Source of the DNA: Octopus bimaculoides
Taxonomy: Eukaryota
Assembly: GCF_001194135.2 (NCBI RefSeq)
Contig: NC_068990.1
Location: forward strand, 87,314,496-87,346,770
Length of the DNA: 32,275 nt
Reading direction: 5' to 3'
This document shows, one piece after another, positions 22,111-32,275 of the stretch (positions within the stretch are counted from its first letter, which is position 1; every line of letters starts with the position of its first letter). The translations under genes were made by a program, and so were the position numbers. A model generated the notes under the pieces. The model was not told the origin of the DNA, ran no database searches, and was given only the letters and a program-made list of their open reading frames with translations.

Positions 22111-22869
22111 AGCCACCCTCTTGACCCAGGGAAAACGGTTCTTAAATGATGATGACGATGACGATACACACACACACGCACACACCGTGCGTGCATTCTT
22201 TATTCTCAGATTAAAGACCTGACCTTAGTGTTTACACTAGATTGAACTCCTCTGCTGAAGGCCCCCAAGCGCTAGGTGATGGTGTGAATCTAGGAAACGG
22301 TTCGAGTGTATCTGTGAGTTATTTTATGAACCCTAAAAATATGAAAAGACATTGGTCACTTACGTGGGATTTGAACTCAAAAGGAAGAATGTAACTTAAT
22401 ATCACTAATGTCCCACCATTTATCATTTGTGTTACTCACAACCAATAACTAACAACACTATTTTGCAAGCATTTCAGACCAGGGCTCTTGAGGATTTTCA
22501 TAACCACAGAGCACAATGTCAAACTTTACACTTCCCTATATGTACATATCTGAAACTAAAACCCCTTAGGCAATCTTGATCTTTTTCCATAACATCCATA
22601 GGCTCCAGTCCAACATAGACTGCCCCACGCCTCACCTCTTATTAGCATGCTGACCACACATCCTATCCCCCCTCTCAGTCCTTATATGTAATCTGTCTCT
22701 ATTGACTAGACTAAGTACACTCTTTACTCAAGTTTTACTTTATAAAGCGGTGTCAGTGAATGATGTGTATGTTATACTATCCTACCAATGCACCACTGTC
22801 ACCTTTATATCAGCAATAAAGATTTCTAGTTAACTCTGTCTCAAAGTCTCTTCCTTTATTCCTCCCACT

Positions 22870-22893
22870 TTCTCTCTCTCTCTCTCTCTCTCG

Positions 22894-22926
<33 letters not shown>

Positions 22927-23080
22927 CTCAAACCACCAACAACTCTCTTTGTTGACATCTCTTCTTCAATCAAGGACATTTATCTCATTTTCACCACTCT
23001 CTCACTCCCTCACTCTCTCTCTCTATCTCACTCTTTCTCTTTCTGTCTCTTTCTCTCTCTCTGTCTCTCTCTCTTTTCAG
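22870..23080. repeat. (CT)n-rich simple repeat
   Basis: Directly visible. Confidence 0.85.
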
Positions 23081-23382
23081 TCGTTGACTGTTGTAACTTC
23101 AGACCTCACAAATCCCATTGGCTTTCACATTCACCTCATATTGATGCCACCAATACAAACAACAGCAAAACAAAACAACACAAAAAGACTAACCCTTTCA
23201 CAATTCTCTACTCACTACATCAACTTCATTCATCGATTTACCATCCCCAACTGGCTCCCACACACACACACTCCACACACTCTTTCTAAGTTCCANNNNN
23301 NNNNNNNNNNNNNNNNNNNNNNNNNNNNNNNNNNNNNNNNNNNNNNNNNNNNNNNNTGTGTATATATATATATATATATAGA

Positions 23383-23415
<33 letters not shown>

Positions 23416-23425
23416 GTGTATATAT

Positions 23426-23812
23426 ACTCTTTTACTTGTTTCAGTCTTTTAACTGCGGCCATGCTGGAGCACCGCCTTTAGTCGAGCAAATCGACCCCAG
23501 GACTTATTCTTTAGAAGCCTAGTACTTATTCTATCGGTCTCTTTTGCCGAACCGCAAAGTTACGGGGACATAAACACACCAGCATCGGTTGTCAAGCGAT
23601 GTTGGGGGGACAAACACAGACACACAAACACATACATACATACATATATATATATATACGACGGGCTTCTTTCAGTTTCCGTCTACCAAATCCACTCACA
23701 AGGCTTTGGTCGGCCCGAGGCTATAGTAGAAGACACTTGCCCAAGATGCCACGCAGAGGGACTGAACCCGGGACCATGTGGTTGGTAAGCAAGCTACTTA
23801 CCACACAGCCAC
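23426..23812 (-). mobile_element. Family A SINE, full length, minus strand
   Basis: Reverse complement closely matches 19861-20331 (head, CORE-like block, tail). Confidence 0.92.
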
Positions 23813-24343
23813 GTGTGTGTATACATATGTATATATATATATATATAAATAATAATAATGGTATTTTTATATAGGCTCAAAGCTTATAGTGATCACCGTG
23901 CAATGACTAAGGAAAATAGTCTAATAAAGGGGCATATAAGCCCTCGACAGAAAAAAGAAAGCTTTGCTCATTTTCATCAATATATATATATATATATATA
24001 TATCTTAAACTAGCACTACAATGGGTCTTGACAACAAAGATTCCAGTCTACATGATCAGCAGAACAGATTACTCATGAAATTACCATGCAAGTGGCAGAG
24101 TACTCCATAGATACGCATACCATTAATGTAGTTCTTAGGGAGATTCAGCATGACACAGAACGTGACAAGGCCGATCCTTTGAAACTCAGGCACAACTCGT
24201 TTTTGCCAGCTGAGTGGACTGAAGCAACGTGATTGAAGTTTCTTGCTCAAGAGACACAACATGCTGCTGGGAATTGAACTCATGCCCTTACAATTGCGAG
24301 CTGAATGCCCTAACCACTAAGCCACGTGCCATCACATGCCATC

Positions 24344-24442
24344 ATGGAAGGTGTGGTTCTCATGCCTGTCCTAATTCTATTAGTTCACTAATGTGCTTCA
24401 GCTACTAGTACCCCATTTCTCTGTAGTACCCCATTTCTCTAC
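24344..24442 (+). repeat. Duplicated segment: 63 bp unique plus two 18-bp units
   Basis: ATGGAAGGTGTGG..CAGCTACT is identical to 25650-25712 and is followed by two AGTACCCCATTTCTCT units. Confidence 0.9.
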
Positions 24443-25712
24443 ATCATCATCATCGTCGTCATCATCATCATTGTTTTATCATCCACTTTTCCATGTCCAC
24501 ATAGGTTGGATGAAATTTTTTGAGACAATTTTTCTACAGCCAGATGCCTTCTTGTTGCCAATGCCAATATATATATGTGTGTGTGTGTATGTATATATTT
24601 CTACCAGATTACATGATCATGTAGAAGCTCCCTCATTGGTGAAGATTAAGGGGATGATGAAGATGATGGTGATGAGTGTTAGTGGTGGACTGGCCAGGTT
24701 GCCCAATGGCAAGTGGGTCCCTGTGCCATTAGAATCCATATATGGGGGCCCATCCCCTCAAGTTTGAGAATTTTTATTGTCTCCTGGAAGAATGTATTAA
24801 TTATTTCAGCTTGGCTGTGTTTGTAGACAGTCGAAAAGAATACTTTTTTAAAAAAAATAATAATTAAATGATAGTATTGTAGTTGCAGGTAGGCCCCTTA
24901 GTCTCTTGGCAACCAAAATTTTTAGACCCAGCCCACCACTGATGAGTGTTATGATGACAATGATGACAATAAAGATGACAAGAATGATGATGATTACACC
25001 AAAGGGGAAGAATGGTGGATTTCATGACAATGGATAAAATTCTGTTTCTTTTTACCCAAACACGAGCTCATTTCCATAGTGGAATGGATTCATCAACCAA
25101 AAACACCGCATATTACTGGTGAATTACTGTATTGATGAAACACAAAATTATTCTTGGTATGATTTGAACTCAGGACACTTCTGTCAAACGTAGACAGTTG
25201 GGTAAACTGTTTCATGTGTACCCAACTAAACAAAAACATATTGTTAGACATGGATACATTTCTACAAAACTAACTCGAGAAAGGCACGTAGTTTGATGCA
25301 GTAATGGTATCTTTACCGAGCAGAGAAAAGTAGATACAGTAACACACAGTAACATTTCTCTCAAATAAAACATATTGTATTTACTCTTGTGCAATGTTAG
25401 AAATCTAATACAAAACATCAAGGTCAAAATTGAGGTGGGGTGGCTTTATACATGAGTGTAAAAGCAAACAAAAGACATGACATACATTATTGATTTTATG
25501 TAGCAAAAAAGTGGAGATTTCATTGTACTCAGGTAAATATTGTAGTTAAATATTGTATCATTTCTATCAAATTCAGTGCATTGAGAATATGGTGAATATG
25601 GTTTTTGTTTAACCCTGCACAAATCCTTTATATTTTAGAGAACCAAAAAATGGAAGGTGTGGTTCTCATGCCTGTCCTAATTCTATTAGTTCACTAATGT
25701 GCTTCAGCTACT

Positions 25713-26092
25713 AGTACCCCATCTCTCTGTAGTACCCCATCTCTCAGCAGTACCCCATCTCTCTGCAGTATCCCGTTTCTCTGTAGTACCCCATTTCTCT
25801 ACAGTATCCCATCTCTCTGCAGTACCCTGTCTCTCAGCAGTACACCATCTCTCTACAGTACCCCTTCTCTATGCAGTACCCCATCTCTATGCAGTACCCC
25901 ATTTTTCTACAGTATCCCATCTCTCTGCAGTACTCCATCTCTCAGCAGTACCCCATGTCTATGCAGTACCCCATCTCTCTCTGCAGTACCCTGTCTCCCA
26001 GCAGTACACCATCTCTCTGGAGTACCCCATCTCTCAGCAGTACCCCATCTCTATGCAATACCCTGTCTCTCTGTAGTACCCCGTCTCTCTGC
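25713..26092 (+). repeat. 18-bp minisatellite, 21 units, consensus AGTACCCCATCTCTCTGC
   Basis: Units counted by hand; one 20-bp variant at 25965. Confidence 0.95.
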
Positions 26093-26809
26093 TTCTTCTA
26101 CCACTATTACAATGGCCTCTGAACCCCTCAGCTAGCTAATTACCCACTCTAACCAAGCACACTTATCCCTCTCATCCTCCATTCTCCTCTCACCTTTCCG
26201 ATGCCAGGCTTTCAAGATCCTACTCCTCATACTTTTCCAATCCTTCCTCTCTCAATGACACCCTCTGGTACTCCCTCCTTCTCTGCTCCTGTTTTATATA
26301 CAGACACAAATCTCTAGAATTGTTCAGTCTAAACAACAACCGAATTAATGTCACCAGTCTGAAAAGATCCTAAAATTGTTATGTGATCTGCTCATCTTAT
26401 GCTGATTTTTCTAAAACAGAAACATGGAAACATTTTCATTTAATTCACTCTTCAAAGTTTTTCTCTTTGGTGAGTCAGCAACCATCTTTCATTTTTACAT
26501 TCCATAAATCATATCCTATAGCCTTGACATGAAAAGAACACATTGATACAATATGGTTGACGTATGAAACCATTAATTATGAGCCAGTGATCTGGTCAAT
26601 ATTCATGCAGTATTATTATATGAATATGATGAATTGGAAATTTGAAAGAAACATGACTAATCTCGTGTTATCATCTGAATAAAACAAATATCTCTGTTCT
26701 GTTGTACGGTATTGAATCCTTTAACTTAAATTGTAGTTCCATTAAATTTTTAAACAGGTGTCTACTAACATGCATGTATGTGTGCACGCATGTGTGTGTG
26801 TGTGCACAT

Positions 26810-27235
26810 GGAATATGTAACACACTGCCTAAATACTAATCGTGAGAAATTAGGCTTCTCAAAACCAGAAAGAAGAAAGCTAATTCAAAGACTACAGATC
26901 CAATCCATCAGTGGAACTGTAAAAATCTGTAAAACATTCCAGAAGTTTATCATTTAAATATATGAGTATGTCTAGATATGCAACTATATGCATGAGAATA
27001 CATACATAAAACATACAAATCTGTAAGCACATACATACATACATACATACATACATACATAAAACAAACAAACCTGCACATACATACATACATACATACA
27101 TACATACATACATACATACATGCAAACAAACAAAAATACCCTGTTGTTGATGTTGAAATTCTAATGAAGGAGCCTTGGATCTAGGTTAGAAACTGGTTCT
27201 TTCTCTATTGGCAAGAAATCTTGAAATAAACTGAA
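26810..27235 (-). repeat. Unclassified ~400-bp dispersed repeat (inverted copy of 18510-18912)
   Basis: Shared blocks TTTCAAGATTTCTTGCCAATAGAGAAAG..TGGATCTGTAGTC..GAGAAGCCTAATTTCTCA..TTTAGGCAGTGTGTTACATA. Confidence 0.85.
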
Positions 27236-27526
27236 TAATGACATACAGACATACATACTTACTCCATACAGTATACCCTAAGGCATATAGTATTGATGGT
27301 GATACCACCAGAATGGAGAAAGCTAATTAGAAGATTACAGATACAAGCCATCAATGGGACTGTGAAAATTTATAAAAACCTTCCTAAAGTTTAGCATTTA
27401 AATACGTCCAACTCATGCCAGCATGGAAAATGAACAATATCCTATTAATGCATAGTGTCCAGAAAAATGGACGCAAGTTAAATCAATATTACTTGTTTCA
27501 TACATGTGTATAGTTGGTTTGTTTGT

Positions 27527-27754
27527 TATTTCTTTATTGCCCACAAGAGACTAAACATAGAGAGGACAAACAAGGACAGATAAAGGGATTAAGTCGATTA
27601 CACCGACCCCAGTGCGTAACTGGTACTTAATTTATCGACCCTGAAAGGATGAAAGGCAAAGTCGACCTCGGCGGAATTTGAACTCAGAACATAGCAGCAG
27701 ACGAAATACTGCTAAGCGTCTCGCCCGGCGTGCTAATGATTCTACCAGCTCACC
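27527..27754 (-). mobile_element. tRNA-headed SINE (family B), full length
   Basis: Minus strand head GGTGAGCTGGTAGAATCATTAGC..B box GAGTTCAAATTCC. Central block GCCTTTCATCCTTTCAGGGTCGATAAATTAAGTACCAG resembles the Meta/MESC-type SINE domain (from memory). Tail ends AATAAAGAAATA. Confidence 0.85.
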
Positions 27755-28419
27755 GTCTTGTTTGTGTGCAGCTCTGCTCATTCATAGAGCACTAGTTTAG
27801 AGGCCGACTATATCAAAAATAAACTCAGTACGTAGTTTACTTAATAAGCAATAGTAATTCCCCCCCCCCCCATGTCCATTTTTCTGGGTGCTAAGCATTA
27901 ATGAATTAAATGATGATGATGACGATTATGATCACACACACACACACACATAAACATACACACACATGCAGACATATATAGACAAACAAACTTAGAGATA
28001 AATAGCTAGATAATGAGCCATGTATACCATATAAGGTATCCTCAACAGTGATCTGATATTCAAAACACTCTTGACTCACCTCTCCTCCACTTTTATGCTT
28101 TGTCAATAGATTCTCAGTTTCTTATTAAGGTTTTGTCAGAAGTTATTTGTTTAGCCTTCAACAGTGATACTCCACAGCTCAGAATCTGCGCAGTTTGGCT
28201 GCAACTGCACTTCTGACGCTGTGTTTTGTTTTATTAATGATTCACTTTGTTGCTCTTTCCAGAACTATCAATCTAGCTTTATTTGAAGATCATCTTTAGT
28301 AAACATTAATGAAGTTAATTAAGAAGGAAACTAATTTAATGTTTTCCTTCAACAGATGACAACCAGCTCTTTCCTCTTTCTCACTGTGGTTAGTTCAATT
28401 CTTGTGACTTCTGGACTCT

Positions 28420-28755
28420 AGGTCTTGATATTGTGGTGCCAGTGGCACGTGAAAAGACATTCGAGCGAGTTCATTGCCAGTGCCACTGGACTGGCTCCTA
28501 TGCAGGTGGCACGTAAAATACACCATTTCGAGTGTGGCCGTTGCCAGTACCTCCTGACTGGCCTTCGTGCCGGTGCCACGTAAAAGCACCCACTACACTC
28601 TCGGAGTGGTTGGCGTCAGGAAGGGCATCCAGCTGTAGAAACTCTGCCAAATCAGATTGGAGCCTGGTGCAGCCATCTGGTTCACCAGTCCTCAGTCAAA
28701 TCGTCCAACCCATGCCAGCATGGAAAGCGGACGTTAAACAATGATGATGATGATG
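28420..28755 (+). mobile_element. RTE-type 3' UTR with three ~65-bp internal subrepeats and (GAT)n tail
   Basis: GTG(G/C)CACGT anchors at 28442, 28506 and 28573, then the conserved tail. Confidence 0.85.
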
Positions 28756-29149
28756 TAGATTTTTTACCTATTGCTTAGTTCAACTCTTTCAATATCAATC
28801 CATCCGAGACTACCTCTTCTCATTTGAATGCATTCATCATCATTACCATTGTTTTAATGTACACACTTCTATGCTCGCACAAGTTCGATGGAATCCATTG
28901 AGGCAGATTTTCTGTGGCTGGATGTCCTTCCTGTCACCTTCCTCCACCAAGCAAAGTTATATCTTTCCAAAGTCAGAGATGAAGGCTGGACATGAATGAC
29001 ACCTCTATGGTTTCAAGTTCAATCCCACAGGGTGACAATTTGGGCTTAGTGTCTTCTACAATAGCCTTGGAATATTTTGATATTTGGAGGATATGGCTTC
29101 CGTTCACTATAAACGGTATGCTAGAGACATCTTTTGATGAAAACATTTA

Positions 29150-29437
29150 TGTCTTTACATAGCCAATACTTCACTGCCATGTAGAACAGCTCCATGTATA
29201 CAGAGATTTTGGTAACCATAGTGATGAGACATTTGGATTATAGATGATTGTACAGGAAGGTGAATGAGGAGTGGTGGACATATATCATCATCATCATCAT
29301 CATCATAATTTAATGTCTGTTTTCCATGCTGGTATGGGTTGGACGGTTTGATTGGAGCTGGTAAAGCCAAGGTCCACATCAGGCTTCATCACCTGTCCTG
29401 GTATGGTTTCTATGGCTGGATGCCCATCCTAATGCCA
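29150..29437 (-). mobile_element. RTE fragments: short RT piece (LHGSE motif) and a (GAT)n-tailed UTR
   Basis: Minus strand LCIHGAVLHGSEVLAM resembles AMLHGSETWA. Tail on the + strand reads CATCATCAT..TTTCCATGCTGGTATGGGTTGGACG. Confidence 0.6.
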
Positions 29438-29514
29438 TCATATATATTTATATACTTATACATACATACATGTGTGTGTGTGTATACTCTTGTCTTGATG
29501 TCATGCGATGATTG

Positions 29515-29725
29515 TAAATGAACATCCTTGTCATACAGGCAGTGTTGTTCATTTCCAGTCTTCCACGAAAAGCATGTCTGGTCATGGGAAGGAAATATTA
29601 CCTTACTCGGAAACAGATAAGAGTTGGCAACAGGAAGGGAACCTGCCCATAGAAAATCTGTCTCAACGAAGTCTGTCTGACCCAAGCAAGCATGGAAAAA
29701 TGGACGTTAAATAACGATGATGATG
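29515..29725 (+). mobile_element. Second (GAT)n-tailed retroposon subfamily
   Basis: TTTCCAGTCTTCCACGAAAAGCATGTC block is shared with ~9335-9445; ends GCATGGAAAAATGGACGTTAAATAACGATGATG. Confidence 0.6.
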
Positions 29726-29814
29726 TGTGTATGTATGTATGTGTGTATGTATGTATGTGTGTATATATATAATGTGTATTGTATGTATGTATGTATGTTT
29801 GGATGTATGTTATC

Positions 29815-29950
29815 ATTCAGATTTACTTCAAGATTTCTTGCCAACAGAGAAAGAGCCAGTTTCTAAACTAGATCCAAGGTTCCTTCATTGGAATTTCAAC
29901 ATCAACAACAGGGCATGTATGTATATATGTATGTATGTTTGTATGTTTGT
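29815..29950 (+). repeat. Partial third copy of the unclassified ~400-bp repeat
   Basis: CAAGATTTCTTGCCAACAGAGAAAGAGCCAGTTTCTAAACTAGATCCAAGG..CATCAACAACAGGG. Confidence 0.85.
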
Positions 29951-31029
29951 ATGACGTACATAGGAATATACGAGAGGCTTAATATAGCATCTGTACTTAA
30001 TAACAGTGGCTCTAAATACACCTTGACAGTGGTCAGTGAAGTGTTAGGTGAGTGATGACTAGAATGTAATGATGTTTGACTTTACAGTCCTGTCAATTTT
30101 TCTTCTACTGTCTGCAGTTCTTTAAACATGACAGACATTTGCGACAGTCTAATGCATCTAATAAATATAATTAATTTGCAGATACAGTGATGGCTAAAAT
30201 CTATGTATTTTTCTCCATATAAAGTTTAGTGTGTGTATGTATGCATGTATGTATGTGTGTGTGTATGTGTGTATATAGTGTATGTATATATATATATATA
30301 TATAAATATATATATAAAATATACACATATGCACTCATGTGTGTGTGTACATACGTATGTTTATTACCTCAAAGTCGACAGTCTCCTGACTGGGCTGTTT
30401 GCAACTATACGTATGCACATGTGTGTGTGTGAGTGAGACTAGATCATGATAAAGCAGCGAGTTGGTAATGTCAGTAAGAGGAGATAAATCTAATTAACAA
30501 AAAGGTTAATTAAAATTGCTGAAAGCAAAATAGAAAAAACAAACAAACAAAACATGACAAAACATGAATTAAAACATTATTTGAAATCACATGAGATAAA
30601 TTGTCTTTTTAGTATGTATTTAATTAGTAATTCATGTTTAAGGCACAGACAAATTTAACTCCACAGCTCTAAAAGTGCTTCATAATTTCAAGTTAATCAT
30701 TGAAGTTTAATTGGATTTCCTGTCTTCTTTGTTGGCCAAAATCAGTTCTTTAATGCATTTTGAAATAAAATACTTGCCTTATGATTCTCTTGTTTGTGAC
30801 TTATGTGTAATCCTATATACACACACATAGACACTCACATACTCACACAATGTCAGCAATATGTTCTAACATTCATCGTCCATGCTTGCCATGGGTTGCA
30901 AATACATATAAATAAATAGATATGTATGGAGATAGAAAGATAGGTAGACCGAGATATATTTATATATGAGCAGAAGAGACAGACAAACAATAACAGGTGT
31001 GAGGAACATATATTCAAGATTGAGTGCGG

Positions 31030-31213
31030 GTAAAAGCACCCACTACACTCTCTGAGTGGTTGGCGTTAGGAAGGGCATCCAGCTGTAGAAACTATGCCAA
31101 AACAGACATGGAGCCTGGTGTTGCCATCCGGTTTCACCAGTCCTCAGTCAAATCGTCCAACCCATGCTAGCATGGAAAGCGGACGTTAAACGATGATGAT
31201 GATGATGATGATG
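31030..31213 (+). mobile_element. RTE-type (GAT)n-tailed 3' UTR fragment
   Basis: Near identical to 28581-28755. Confidence 0.88.
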
Positions 31214-31329
31214 AGTCAAAGGTTTTTTCGGCTTTTCACAGATGATTTTTGGCAACATGTATTTCCATGTTACATCATTATATTGACACAAGTTGATGTC
31301 CATTCATTGCTGAATTGTTTATTCTGTAT

Positions 31330-31487
31330 GAGTGGCTGTGTGGTAAGTAGCTTGCTTACCAACCACATGGTTCTGGGTTCAGTTCCACTGCATGGCACCT
31401 TGGGCAGGTGTCTTCTACTATAGCCTCGGGCCAACCAAAGCTTTGTGAGTGGATTTGGTAGATGGAAACTGAAAGAAGCCCATCGTA

Positions 31488-31520
<33 letters not shown>

Positions 31521-31907
31521 GGGAGAATATACAAAAAATAACAACAGACGAGGACAGGTGGTGTAAATAACAAAAGTATATATTAGTATGACGCTCGGGA
31601 ATACGGAAAGTCTTTGACGTTTCGAGCTACGCTCTTCAACAGAAAGAATACGGAGACAAGGAGAAAAACACGGAGAAAAAAAAATGTGTGTATGTGTGTA
31701 TATGTTTGTGTGTCTGTGTTTGTCCACCCACCATCGCTTGACCACAAATGGTGGTGTGTTTACGTCCCCGTAACTTAGCGATTCAGCAAAAGAGACTGAT
31801 AGAATAAGTACTAGGCTTACAAAGAATAAGTCCTGGGGTCGATTTACTCGACTAAAGGCAGTGCTCCAGCATGGCCACAGTCAAATGACTGAAACAAGTA
31901 AAAGAGT
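31330..31907 (+). mobile_element. Family A SINE with a 164-bp insertion (31521-31684) in its internal microsatellite
   Basis: Head and tail are intact; the extra sequence is absent from the other family A copies. Confidence 0.9.
31611..31647 (-). ncRNA. Minimal hammerhead-like motif (Penelope-type variant)
   Basis: Minus strand TCTTT-CTG-TTGAAGA-GCGTAGCTC-GAAACGTC-AAAGA, with palindromic ACGT stem III and GTC triplet. Confidence 0.45.
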
Positions 31908-31983
31908 ACCAGTCAAATAGTATAAATGTGGAGTTGAGCTTCTAGCATAATGATGGCAACAGACAATATTGTGTGATAGAATA

Positions 31984-32275
31984 TCTATATATATAAAAAT
32001 GAGAATGTGTGTCTGTCTGTCTGTCTGTCTGTGTGTGTGAATCCCTAAAACTCGAGAACTACGCAACCAATTTCATTCAAATTTTACAGATGCCTTACTT
32101 AGGGTTCCAGTTGTGTTTTAGTCAATAAAAATTTTAACTTCTTGCAGAGTTCGAGCCCACGGCAACATAATATCTCCTCCACTATTTAAGTATTACGTGT
32201 CAAAAGTGAAACAAAAACACTCATGTCAAATACTTTCACTTTAAAAATGAAACTATTCTACTAACTGAAACAATC
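31984..32275 (+). mobile_element. Non-autonomous Helitron/DINE-like element, 5' part, runs off the window
   Basis: A|TCTATATATATAAAAATGAGAATG, then a (GTCT)n tract, then AACTACGCAACCAATTTCATTCAAATTTT. This is the 5'-TC plus microsatellite plus core layout of Helitron-derived repeats. Confidence 0.6.

Noticed and set aside
22480-23290. Very old LINE RT or endonuclease remnants (LQAFQTRAL.., ..PTH)
   Set aside because: Similarity is too fragmentary to support by eye.
24939-24975. CTGATGAGTGTTATGATGACA
   Set aside because: Part of a (GAT)-rich tract; no GAAA and only a weak stem.
25713-26092. CRISPR-like array, or repeat-protein CDS
   Set aside because: The units abut with no unique spacers, the context is eukaryotic, and there is no ATG, splice or expression support.
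28442-28600. CRISPR-like repeat/spacer pattern
   Set aside because: The intervening sequences are homologous to each other and lie in a retroposon UTR.
31125-31150. Antisense CTGAGGA-CTGGT-GAAAC in the RTE UTR
   Set aside because: No stem II, and the GAAAC is not conserved in the sister copies at 18.2 and 28.7 kb.

Overview
Repeat-dense, AT-rich animal genomic DNA. The repeat families look like those of a coleoid cephalopod, probably Octopus; this is recognition from memory, not a database result. No protein-coding host gene can be supported. Almost all long ORFs in the track come from microsatellites, a minisatellite or N-gaps (642-1163, 12296-12940, 21193-21714, 23296-23356). The window is a mosaic of decayed mobile elements: at least four tRNA-headed SINE families, RTE-clade and CR1/L2/Jockey-like LINE remnants, two Tc1/mariner transposase fragments, a piggyBac-like palindromic MITE, a Helitron-like element, an unclassified ~400-bp repeat and a 21-unit 18-bp minisatellite. 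A CpG-enriched island at ~13.0-14.4 kb may be a promoter or first-exon region. The main unexplained signal is four hammerhead-ribozyme-like motifs with unrelated flanks: 5366 (+), 9618 (+, inside a tRNA-headed SINE), 14866 (+, full three-stem fold in apparently unique DNA) and ~31639 (-, inserted in a SINE microsatellite). Each copy deviates from the canonical core. They point to possible ribozyme-carrying retroelement families, but activity is untested.
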